The notes beneath the pieces were generated by a model that was given only the letters and a program-made list of their open reading frames with translations, did no database searches and was not told where the DNA came from. DNA of 64,000 nucleotides, taken from contig NIVC01002793.1 of NCBI GenBank assembly GCA_002269645.1, positions 1 to 64,000 of the forward strand, read 5' to 3'. The stretch comes from Macrostomum lignano (taxonomy: Eukaryota). The position numbers were made by a program, and so were the translations under genes. Below, one piece after another: positions 25,502 through 36,891 of the stretch (positions within the stretch are counted from its first letter, which is position 1; every line of letters begins with the position of its first letter).

Positions 25502-27334
25502 ACTTCATTCCTGCACGATTTAACAATTTATTTTTAGAAGCAACTGAATATGTAATCAATAACAATATGGAAGAACAAAAAGGATAATAAGTGGAACTAG
25601 GGAAACAGTTAATGAGTCTATAGACCTACTCACACCCCTCTCGGCATTTACTCGAAAATAAACTGCACAACATTCGTTTCGCCGTTTGCCAAAATCTTCA
25701 TCCGCTTAGTGGGGGCTGCTACAAGTGTGGTGGTCGATTCTTCAACAACCAGTGACTTCTTGACAGTTGACATTGACGCTGATCCGCACGGGTCGGTAGT
25801 CGCAACAGCCCTTGTAGGAGCGTCGCTCAGGGCGCACGGGTCGGTAGTTGTAACAGCCCTTGCAGGAGCTTCGCTCAATGTAGAACTCTGTGCCGGCATA
25901 GTTCCAGCTAGAGCGACTGTCAGCTGATCACTCATCCCTGCCATGATCGAGTCCCTCTTCTTGCCTCTCCGGATGTATCGTTCTACCGACGCGCTATTCT
26001 GTGAATAGAGGTGGTGTTTAATAAATTCCTTGTCCATGTGTCAATAAACTTACTAAGAATAAAGAATTGCTCACCTTGTGACCTGTCACCTTCGCAATTT
26101 TTTCGACAGAAAAGCCAGCTTCATGCAGCTCCGTAACAACTGTAGGTCGCACACAATGCGGAGTGTACAGCTTGGACAGGTTAGCATTCGAAGAGATCTT
26201 CTTGAGCAACGGCCCCAAAGTGTTGATTCCAACTGGTAATTTGGTGTACCAGATGCCATCCGCATTCACTCGTGGTTTCGGACGCAGAAAGAAGTCCTCC
26301 TGATTCCAACCCGGCACGGCAGTAATTTTCGACAAATAAAGCTGGAAGGCCTGAACTGGACAGTGCCTTGACTCCGGCTTGGCCACCATCAAGGCCTGTT
26401 TATTGTCGTCGCAGAGTCGCATGTCACTCGAGCCTTTTACATTCTTTGAGGTGCTGCCTTGCAACTCGATCGCCATAGCTCCGTTTGATAGGGCCTTCTC
26501 TCGGAATGAACGAACAGTGAGACCTCGTAGCCATTCTCTGCCGCGATTGCCGAAATAAAATAACACATTGAAATATACCTCTTCTTGCAAACGTGTTGGA
26601 GTGCTTCTGTCGAAGTAAGAAGCAAGCTTGACAAGGTCGTCCGACTCAATGGCTTCGTAATGCTGCACTCGACCACCGGACTTCAAATATGCATTGCAAA
26701 CATTCTTCACCATCAAATTCGCGCTATGAAAAGCCTCGTGAGCGATGATATTGAGGCCACGTAATTTCATAAAGTACCTGAACAGTGCGGTTCGAATTCC
26801 TTCGATTGTATTCGGCGAATAGAAGCTGCCGTCTGACTTATGCAGAGTCGCATAGAAGTAGCGGACCCATTTGGCAATTTCTTCCACCGAAGCAGTCGCG
26901 TAATCCACTTTTAAATTATTCTCCGCCAACCAGGCCGTCAAGCGGTTGATCACAGCTTTCTCCTTAGAGACAGTCGAATGACATTCGTTGTCGCGTTCCG
27001 GTTGAGCGGCCAGACTTTCCAATTCGTCAAGGTTACACAAGGTTTCCGGATCCGAGCTGAAAAGTTTCTCTAATTCCTCGCTGAACGTGCAATCCGCTAT
27101 CAGTGCAGTCAAATCGTCGCCCGTCCTCTCAAAGTTGCTGGACACACTTTCAATAAACATTTCGTCGCCACTTAATCCAGACACCGTAGCGTAGCGAAAA
27201 TCAATTAATGGAGGATTCAGAGCCGAGTCGATTACAGACGCCATAGTCAATAAGCTTTATACACTTTTCTATAAACTCTCCACTCAATTTTCATCTCTTC
27301 TTAACGTTTCTCGAAAACCGTGCAGGAATGACTT
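25502..27334 (-). mobile_element. Crypton-like tyrosine-recombinase transposon: ACTT-[CATTCCTGCACG ... CGTGCAGGAATG]-ACTT
   Basis: Perfect 12-bp inverted repeats at 25506-25517 and 27319-27330, each flanked on the outside by ACTT (25502-25505, 27331-27334); the YR gene lies entirely inside. Confidence 0.7.
25648..27250 (-). CDS. Crypton-type (DUF3504-like) tyrosine recombinase, 2 exons (27250-26075, 25998-25648), ~508 aa
   Basis: FGNRGRE (R), STSKNVKG (K), CPVQAFQLYLSK, WYTKLPVGINTL, TPHCVR (HxxR), VTGHK|gtgag...cacag|NSASVERY (H...Y). A 76-nt GT-AG intron restores the GHxxxxSxxxY motif. Confidence 0.88.
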
Positions 27335-27427
27335 TGTCTATGGTCAAAAGACAATGATTTTCCTACACGCAAACTCGTGCTTTTGCCATTGACGCACTCG
27401 TTTTCGTGCAGGAATATTACATTCAAT

Positions 27428-27637
27428 TTAAACATAAAGCCGAAGGTACGAGGGCAGATGCACAGGCGGCTTCTTGAGTTGCGCCAGATGGACATAATCC
27501 TGCCCGTTCTCGTGTGCGTCAAGAAGGTGGGCTCTGTCTCCATTAGGCATTCGTTCGTATAGCCCTCGGGGCTCAATCTCATCATCTTCGTCACCGATAT
27601 CTTCTTCTTCTGTTTCTTCGAACTTATCGTCGCTCAT
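27428..27637 (-). pseudogene. Fragment resembling the N-terminal HTH of an IS630/Tc1-like transposase
   Basis: DRAHLLDAHENGQDYVHLAQL resembles the first helices of such HTH domains; no DDE domain follows. Confidence 0.3.
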
Positions 27638-28189
27638 TTTTCTTCTTATTCGTTATATCTCTTCAAAAATGAAATCAGTGCATGCTCCCGTACATGAAGC
27701 TTCTGTCTTCTGGAAGCGAACTTCAAGGAGAGCACTCAGTTTAAAGAGGGGTGCTATAGAGAGGGCCATAGACAGGTACAGTATTGTTGTTTAGTTTGAG
27801 AGGGAGGCTGTTGAAGATTATACAGTACACTAAAACAGCGCGCCAAAGTGTTGTGCTGAAATTGACTGCTGCATGCCGAAATTGAATGCGAAATCAGGAG
27901 AAAGTTTTGTCCATAGACAGAATGAACTATCTTACTATGGTATGAAATAGAATATCTAATTGCCAAAATTAAATGCTGCTTGCCGAAATTGAATGGGTCC
28001 TTGGCGAACTCGAATGACGGTTGAAGTCGCTAAATGTAGAATAATGAAATCGAACATCAGCTTGCCGAAATAGAATGCGAGTTTTGTTTAAATTGAACGG
28101 AAAATGTACCGCATGCCATACCGAAAAACGGCCCAAAAGCCCAGAGATTCAAAAATTCCTATGGCATCAAAAACCATCTCCCCATTCAC

Positions 28190-28500
28190 TAAAGCAAGTG
28201 CCCAGTATGAAAAAGTCCATCATGTATTTCCATGTGATAAGACTGTTGAGAAACTCTTCAGTCAGGAAAGTGAAAGAAAGTCTGTTATACCCTCGTCTGT
28301 ATTCTCTGGTAGATCGATGTTTGGATTGATTGTCGAAAACCCTGGGAGTTTCGGCAACATGTAAGTCTAATAAGTTGTCATTTCCAGGGGCTACTTCAAC
28401 CCATTAGTCGCCTCATCTTGGCTCTCATCAGATTCTGAATCCATGCTTTCCGACTCCGTTTCTGACTCAATCTGCTTCGAGTCGTCCCTTGATAATGCGT
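28190..28500 (-). mobile_element. piggyBac-like transposase N-terminal relic
   Basis: Acidic tract ESETESESMDSESDESQDE, then LPGFSTINPNIDLPE...DFLSL/FLTEEFLNSLITW across a frameshift; parallels the N-terminus at 35257-35862. Confidence 0.4.
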
Positions 28501-28527
28501 CTTCCGAATCGGGAATCAACTTGACTT

Positions 28528-31500
28528 ACTTGACTTAGCTGCAGGGGGCGTCCGGCGGATGCAGCGAGGAGGCGGAGGAGACCGCCCATTCCGCTAGCCC
28601 CTGGCGACCAAAGACTTCCATCGAAGTGATGTCGCTCAGGGGGACCCGTCGGTCTCGCCTGCAGCGCGGTCCTCCTCACCGGCGGTGGGAAAGAGATCAG
28701 CTCGTCCCGTGTCCCTGAGGTACCGGGCGAGCAGCGGGATGCTCTCGGGCCTGCAAACGTCGGAGAGAACCGGGTTTGGCCCGAGGTGAGTGAGCCTGGC
28801 CCTGGTGAAAACCGGGCAGTGGCAGATAAAGTGCTCGGCGTTCTCACTGCCTGAGCGGCAGAAGGGGCAACGCTCCTCGGGTACTTGGCCCTGAAGGAAA
28901 CGGTGGCGAGAGAAGCAGCCATGCCCGGAGAGGGCCATGCTGACTGCTCTGAGGTCTCTGCGGTTGAGCCTGAGGAGGGCTCTACGCAGGAGAGGAGAGG
29001 GGCAGGGGACGGCCGCACGGGATTGCCTACAACTCCGGGTGTCGTGCCACCTGCGGAGATGCTCGGAGTCAGTCCAGCACTTAACGCGGGAGTTGATCAC
29101 CGAGGCGGGGATGGGGGCTCCCGGGCCCGGCCCCAGCAGCGCGCCGGCGGAGCCAGCCTTGGCCAGCAGGTCGGCGCGCTCGTTGCCGAGGAAGCCGGCG
29201 TGGCCCGGGATCCATCTGAGCTCCACCTGGTTGCCTAGCGCAAGCCCGTTGAGCTGGGTGTTGCAGTCCAGGACGGACCTGGAGCTGGCGGTGCTGCGGC
29301 AGAGGGCCCGAAGGGCTGCTTGGTTGTCAGAGTGAAAAATAAATTTCCGACCGCTAAGCTGCCTTCGGCGCAGCTCTGCCGCGCAGGAGCTGATGGCAAG
29401 CACCTCGCTCTGAAAAACACTGGAGTTGGGCCCAGTGTGCTGGGAGTAGCTCCACGCCACTTCTCCCTTGAAGAAGACGCAAGCTCCGAAGCCTGAAAGA
29501 CCATGCCTCATAGAGCTGTCAGTGTAACAGTGGACTTCAGAATCGCTCCAGCTGTCACTCGCCTCGTGTCGAGGCAGAACAGTGACCTTATACCTTTGGC
29601 TCAGGAGAAGGGTGGCTGGGATCGAGTCCGTGAGGATGTTGAGCCCGCCACACTCCTCGAGAGCCTTGAGGCAGAGGTCAGAGTGCGGGATAAGCGACCG
29701 CTTCTTAAAGGCCCGCACTTTTTTGAAGGCCAACCCAGCATCCAGAAGACGCCGGGTGCTCTTCGCCGCCTCTCCTTTGATATAAATATCCAGAGGAGGG
29801 GCACAGAGGAAGGCATTCATGCCTTCAAAAGGAGTAGAGGGTGGAGCGCCCATAGTCATGCGGCAAGCTCTGCCCTGGATTTTGTAGAGAGCGTCGAGGT
29901 TGCTCTTGACGCTCAGGCCGCTAGCCCACACGAGGCTGGCGTAACTAACTGATCGAGGGGCGGATGATGGCAGTGTAAATCCACCACAGCTTCCTGGGGG
30001 TGAGCCCCCAGGTGGTGCCCACGGCGCGCCTGATCTGGGCCAGGACAGCCAGGGCTTTTTTGGCTTTAGTTTGAATGTGCGGAGTCCAGTTAAGCCTGTG
30101 GTCCAGAGTGAGGCCCAGGCAGCAGACCTGCTTCTCCATGGAAATATTCTTTCCATAGAGGGTGAGGGGCTTAATGGTCCAGAGCAGTTTGTCGGTAAAC
30201 ATGACCGATGTGGTTTTCGACTCTGAGAGTCTAAGACCACATTGGTTTGCCCAACGCTCCGCTCGTCCCAGAAAGGCCTGCAGAAGGTCTCTGATGGTAT
30301 CAACCGAGGGGCCCGCGCATATCGCGGTCACATCATCGGCATAGCCCACCTTGAGAATGGGGTCGTGGAGATCACTGCAAAGCAACTCATCCATGACCAT
30401 GTTCCAGAGAACGGGGGTGAGAACGCCGCCCTGGGGGCCCCCTTTCAGGACAGGCACCGAAAGAGAGCTGCCGCTCAGGTGGGCCACAACAGTGCGGTTT
30501 CGGATCATGAACATGATCCACCGGACAAGGTGAGGGTGCGTGGCCCTGGATTCCAGGGCTCTGCAAAAGGCCTCGAAGATGACGTTGTCGAAGGCCCCTC
30601 AATGTCCAGGAAAAGCGAGAGGGCAAAGCCGCTGCCAAGAACGGCCCTCTCCAGGAAGTCAACAATGACATGGAGAGCACTCTCGGTTGACCTGCCCGCG
30701 CGGAAGGCGTGCTGGTTCTGCGAGAGTGGGAAGCGCTTCAGCTCGACCGAAAGTAGGCGCCAAAGCACCAGTCTCTCGAGGAGCTTGAGGCAGAAAGAAG
30801 TGAGGCTGATAGGCCTGAAGGCCTTCACCGATTGGTAGTCGCTCTTTCCAGGCTTGGGGATAAAGACCACCCGGGCCTCTCTCCATGCAACTGGTACATA
30901 GCCCAGCTCCACACAAGCTCGAAGGAGACGACAGAGCAGGTCCAGGAAGCGGTGGTTTTTCACCGCCTCGTGCAAGAACGCTGGGTAGATGCCGTCGGGC
31001 CCAGGCGCCTTGAACGGGTTAAAGGACCTTGCCGCTCTAATAATGCGGTCTTTGGTGATCATAGACTTTGCTAGGCCTTGCCCTGTCACGGTGTGGTCAG
31101 GCGGGCCCTGCTGAGTCGGAGATTTAGGGAAGAAACTGTTGAGAATTAGCTCTAGAGTCTTTTCCGAGCTCTCTGTGACCGAGCCATCAGGTCTCTTCAC
31201 AACAGAGAGTTTAGAAAAACGGTCATTAGTGAGTGCCTTAACCACGCGGGCTACGGGGCGAGAGCCCTCCAGCCCTTCGCAGTATTGGCGCCACTTGGTC
31301 GTCTTGGCCCTTCTGACTTGGTCCTTAAACTCTTGGATCGCACGGGTATAGGCCTCTCTATCAGATGGGTCTTTGGTTTTGAGCGCTCGCCTTTGGAGGG
31401 TCCTGGCTCGGCGCCGAAGGGCCCCGAGCTCTGGGTTCCACCAGGGAGCAGATTTCTTGCCTTTGTAGGCCTTTAGAGGGCAGGCTGCTTCAAAGGCAGT

Positions 31501-34271
31501 GGTGATCGCCCCGCCCAGGGAGGAGGCGAGATCATCCACCACCTGGAAGTCAGAGAGGTCACTGGGGGGGGGTCAAGATCCCGAAGGCCGCGGCTCAGCT
31601 TCGAGCCAAAGGCGGCCCAATCGGTGTTCCTGACGTTCCGACTCCAAGTGACCTTGGGCTTTAGCTTGGTCGGCCCAATGCAAAAGCGGACAAAGCGGTG
31701 GTCCGAGAGCGAGTCCTCGTCCCACACTCGCCAGCCCGTGACTGCGGAAAGCAGTCCGGGTGAGGCGATGGTGGTGTCGATGACTTCGGCCCACCGCCCA
31801 TTATTGAACGTTGGTGCATTGCCCACGTTACAGAAATTGAGGTTTGTGCTGCTGACGTAGGCCAGCAGCTCCTCGCCTCTGTTATTGGTGTTCTTGCTGC
31901 CCCAATGCAGGTGGTGTGCGTTCACATCCCCTGCGATGAGCAGCTCGAACCGACGGGACGCGGCGTAGTCAATGAGGTTGACTAGTGCGCCGCAGACTAC
32001 TGGGGCATCGCCTGGGAAATAGTCAGATGCTACCAGCACAGGTTTATTTGGAATGAAGTTATTGATTTGAACAACACAGATGTCCCCAGTCGAGAGATCA
32101 GGTCTCATCCATGCCTCTAAAACTTTTGCAGCAAAGACCAGAGATCTTGGGCGAGGCTGAGTGTCCGCCATGCAAAAACAGTGGTAGCCAGATGGCACAT
32201 TATTTGGCTTACCTTTAGTCATCCAGGGCTCCTGCACGAAGACCAGGCCCGGAAGCTGTTGCTCTGTCGTGCGCATCAGGTTGACTGACGCCGCCACGCA
32301 GTGCTGGGTGTTGATCTGCAGACACCAGGTACCGGTGGCATCAGTGCAGATCGGGCGTTGCAGCCGCCAGGAGTTCCTCCTCCTCCTCGGCGCTCACCAG
32401 CTTCGGGTCGGGGTCGCCGGTGTCCATGGGCTCCTCTTCAGCAAAAGGCCCCCGATTGGTCGGAAGGCAGTAGGCAGCGTTCGCCGCCCTTCGCCAGCCG
32501 GCCACGGGGTCCTCCGCTTCAGACTGGCCCAATGCCCTGGAGCAGCCAGCCGCCTGGGCAGGCGGGTCCGTCTCCAGTCGGCCCTGCCCCAAGGGGTTGG
32601 GCCAAGCTGGGACGTCCCCACCCTCCCTGGACGAGCTGGTGCGCCTAGGCGTCCCGGCGACCTCTCTCCTCAGCTGGGTGATTTTAGCGGTGCGGACCGC
32701 CTCAGCTGCGCGCTGGTACAGGCCGCGCCGCTTGGTGCTGCGCGCCGGGGCGTCGGTCTTCTCCGCCTTCAGCAGCGCGTTCGGCTTTACCCGCGCGGCC
32801 GTGCTGCCGGGCGGGGCGGTTTGCTTTGGCAGCCTGAGCAGAAGCTTGCGCCTCGGCCCCGGCCGCCTCCGCATTCCGCCCGCCCTGCTCACTGCCACGG
32901 GGAGGGTCAGCCTCGTAGGAGCGGATGCGCAGCTTCCAAAGGCCGACGTTGATGAAGCTGCCGTGTGGATAGCGCCTCATCCAGGCGTCCGACAGCCCCA
33001 GGATGGCTGTAAAGCCAGTGCCATCGGTGCGCTTAAGGGTGTCATGCACCACTAGGCCCGCGGCGGGAAGCTCTCGGTTGACTGCTAGCAGTCCTTTCCG
33101 GAGCTCGTCAGCAGAGATAACGACGCTCCTGGCCCGAACCCAGATTCGATGCCTCTTGGTCCGGGGCGCTCGTCCTCTCTGCAGAAGGCTAATTGAAGTC
33201 CCAGCTCTGCTCGGGCAGCAGCTCAAGGAGCCGCCGACCCGAGTCAGCATCACTGGGCCAAATGAGAAGGCACGAGTCCCTCGTCGCATTCGAATGAATG
33301 TTCAGAGGCGTGCCCTTCAGAGTTTGCTTCCACAGGAGGCCATCAACGGCACCTCTCACCTGCTTCAGCTGGTCGGGAGACAGGCGCGCGTCCTTCCCCA
33401 GAATGACAACCGCCGGTTGCCTCTTTGCCGCATCAGCGTAGGAGGCCCGAGGGTCGGTGGAGCATTCTTCAGGTGGGCTGTCCACCCTCCCGGCTGCATC
33501 GGCCTCCCTATCCTAGGCAGGGACTTCAGTGGGCTCGAGGCCCTCTTCCCCCACCGCCCCAGATTGGGAAGCTTCCACTGCCGCGGGCCGTTGGCCCCTG
33601 GCGCCGGTTTGGCTTCCGCCCTCCTTGGCCCGCCTCGCCTTGTTAAGTCGACGGCGGGCAGCTCCAGAGGTGGTGCTCAGCTGCTTGGCAGCTGGAGTAG
33701 CAGGTGTCTTCTCGGAGGCACCGCTCAGAGTTGGCTCCACGGGTCTCGCCGAGCGTCCCCGATGGTAGCAGGTGGTATGGCCGCGGAGTCCACGGCCCCA
33801 GCCGAGGCCGGAGGCACTGTGTCATCCACAGCCGATTGGGTAATTCGGTTAGAAGCCATTGGCTGGAAGTAAAAAGGTGGGACTTCCTGTACAACACAGG
33901 CAAAGAGCCGCAAGGCCGCAACCCCAAACCAAGCGGCAGGCCCCCAAAAAGCAAAATACCACCCTGCGGGGGGACCCAAAAGCGCAAGGGGAACCGTTAG
34001 TGACCAGACTACTCCCTGGCCAAGCGTCCATCAGCACGGAGTTACACTGGGACATCAGAGGGTGCGTTTATATGATCACACCAGGACCCGGCGCCAACGA
34101 ATCAGCTCGGCAAGGCCCAAGAGCCTGCCTTAACACCCACGGGACGAGTACCCTTCGAAGTGCGCCTTGCAAGGTGAAAAACAGGAGACAGAGTCTCTTG
34201 AGCTATCAGCCCGCCAGGGGAGGCAGGTGTGAGCATCGCTGGCTGGGATAAGGGCCATACCAGTCTCATAC
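28528..34271 (-). mobile_element. Near full-length non-LTR retrotransposon copy E2 (LOA/R1-like)
   Basis: 5' UTR, ORF1 (~33740-32270, frameshifted), ORF2 (~32340-28636, about 3 frameshifts): APE (FVQEPW, IAGDVNAHH, SDH), RT (KAPGPDG, FRPISL, QGGVLTP, YADD), RNase H (CYTDSS, VFQSEVLAI, HSDNQ, WIPGH, GNERADLLAK) and CPFC...HFICHC. 3' end is short TAAGTCAAG repeats. Confidence 0.93.
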
Positions 34272-34864
34272 TGCACAGATAGTTCACCACGCCATTGCGT
34301 GCAGGACCTGGGGTCCTGGGGGCAACAGCCCCGGCAATCGGGAATCGAGTTCCATGTAGTCTGTGCAAGGCGTCCTTTTTTAGCTTTTCTTTTCTTCACT
34401 TCCTTTTCTTTAAAACCACGAGTTTCCCGTTGGCAGAACTGCTGCCGCAGCTCATATATACTTGCCTCCCGCAGCTGGGGAGTGAATTTTGTGTCTATGG
34501 CTTGCACGATCGCATCCAAGCAGCCCCGTTCTCTCCCGTAACGGCAGTTGAGCTGCCACAGTAGTATTTCGAAATTATTTAGATTTAGACATAGCAAAAA
34601 GTATTTATCACTTACAAAAGATAGTCGCTTGTTTGTGTTATGCTTTCATGCATTAGCATTTCAATGCAGTTAAATGTTCATATGTTCTCTACGTTAACAC
34701 GTCAGAGTTATATAAAATCGATTTCATTGCAATTTGCGATCAAGACTCACAAATCCGACAAATTACTAACAGTGATTGAACTGTCATCTGAGGAAGAGCT
34801 GTTCGCATGCAGAATTTATTGGTTACACGCAATGAAAAACAGCATTGACTCATAGAAATTCAAA

Positions 34865-35870
34865 CTAACAGAACATGTAGGTGCACGCAATGACAAAAAA
34901 GAGCATTAGCTCATAGAAATAGGATAGGATGTCACGTGACAGTTCAACAACGATACGTTCGGAGAGCGACAACTGCGGTGCATCTTGGCCGAATAAGTTG
35001 TTGTGGGCCTGCACCGTTATATGAATAAGAAAGTTCCATAAGTAGCCGCTGCTTGATTCCGCCAGACAGTATAACTTGATGCCAAGTTTCGCTTTCTTGT
35101 TCGGCATGTACTGGCGAAAATGAAGCCTGCCTTTGAAAATTATCAATGACTCGTCGATCGAAATGTTCTGCTGTGGCATATATTTGTTCTGGCAGATCGC
35201 CTGCAACCAACTTCAGAAATGGTCGAATATTGCACAAAGGGTCAGCCTCGTCAACCTCAGCACAGTTGTAGCAACGAAACCAAGTCAATATAAGTTGGAA
35301 TCTGTTTCGCGAAAGGCAGGACTGCGCAGGATAAAAATCCTGGCGATACAGGATCCATTGACCAGTATTGGCTGATATCAGGCTTTTGCACCAGACCCAT
35401 GTCTAGCAGGATGCGAATAAGCTTTTTCATCTCGTTCATATTGCAAGGTTTCCAGCTACGCAGTTTCCATGGCAACTCTTCGCTACCCTGCTGAACCTGT
35501 TGAATCTCCATAGCTGCTCTGCTATTTGTCCAGTCGCACAAGGACTGTACGAAGCTGTCAGGAAGGAACTGTCCAATGATAGCCGAGATTCTATTCTCGA
35601 TGTCCCCTGGCACTATGAAGTTTGGATGTAAGCCAGATGTTCCGAAAAATTCGGGAACTGGGTTTGGCCGAATATCAGTTTCCGTGCTTTTATCATGCCA
35701 GTTTTCGTCAGCTTCTGCTTGCTGAGCTTCGGCAGGACCTTCAGGACCGCTGGCCTCGCTATCGTTTGATTCATCATCATTGTCAAGTGCGGTCGCAAAT
35801 GAGTCATCATCTGAATCACTGTCCAAGATGAAGTTCTGTAGATCTGAGCCGGCGGCTTGCATTGTCTCAT
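34865..35870 (-). mobile_element. piggyBac-like (PGBD4-type) transposase, truncated and frameshifted
   Basis: FLPDSFVQSLCDWTN, WKPCNMNEMKKLIRILLDMG, ISQYWS, ISIDESLIIFKGRLHFRQYMPNKKAKLGIKLYCLAESSSGY; stops after the first catalytic Asp region. Confidence 0.88.
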
Positions 35871-36891
35871 GCGCAGCTGGCCAAGGCGATTTTTATATAT
35901 GATCTGCTGTCTCTGTTACTGGTCTAATTGATTCATAGACTGTTTGCTCTAAACTAAATTCGATGCTATGTACAAATAGGCAAGGCAGTCACAAACCTGA
36001 TATCTATGGTAATTACTGCTCTCTTTGAAATTGCATAGATTTCATAATTGAACAGAGAAAAGAAAATCAATATTGCAGAGTGTCTGGGTTATTGGCCATA
36101 GACTATCTGAATTTGACTCAACAATTTTTTTTCTTCAGCAACCTACCATCTGGCATCTACTCTGGTAACATATTCTACTCATACTACTTACTTTTTGGCT
36201 CTAAAAACTGTGGGAGGGTAAGGGAGTGAGACGTGCCTCAAGTTTTATTAAATGCTGCTTGTAAACTATGGCAGCAGAGCTGCTGTGGGAGGTAACGGGT
36301 GTGAGCAAAAATAGGCGCGGGAGGCTAGTGGTTTTAAGCTTCACTTTTAGAATACATTTGTGGGTAAGAAAGGTTTAAACAGAAACTAGCAGAACTCTGT
36401 GGTATAATTTACTTCTGGGCTTTTAGGGCGTGCCCGGCCCTGATTCAGCAAAAAAGACTAATTTGTCTGTGACCTGCTTTGCAGGCCTTTGGGATTTTAA
36501 GCGATCTTTCAAAACCAAGCTTGGGCGCGAAGTAGGCTACCAGGTTCTCAGATCCTCAATAGCTGGGCCACCATCCCAGATCCTAAGCAACTTGGTTTGG
36601 CTCTGCAGTCTGTCTGAGAGTACAGCGGGGAATTTCGAGCTGCCCAGTTCATTGGCTTTATTGTCCATGGCCGAGTGCACAGTTCTGTTGCGACTTTTCT
36701 CGACTTGACTTTTGCAAAACTTAGGTCGAAACATAGGTACCGTGCCTTGCTTAGTTCATTTGTAATAAAATAAAGTTTAGTTTTTTCTACTTTATGTGTC
36801 AATGAGTCTACTCAACTCATAAAAATCATAAAATGTATAAAATCAAACTGCTGTCATATTTCGGCAAATTAAGGCATCAAGTTGAAGCGGC

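Larger units (their letters stand above)
25200..28107. mobile_element. Element bounded by ~200-250-bp imperfect inverted repeats (25200-25395 / 27860-28107) enclosing the YR gene
   Basis: The reverse complement of the left arm matches the right arm in ordered blocks: CCATAGACA, ACTATGGTATGAAATAGAATATC, GAATGACGGTTGA, TGAAATCGAA, TTGCCGAAATAGAATGC, TTGAACGGAAAA, and TGTCTATGGACAAAACT...CATTCAATTTCGG.ATGCAGCA. Confidence 0.75.
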
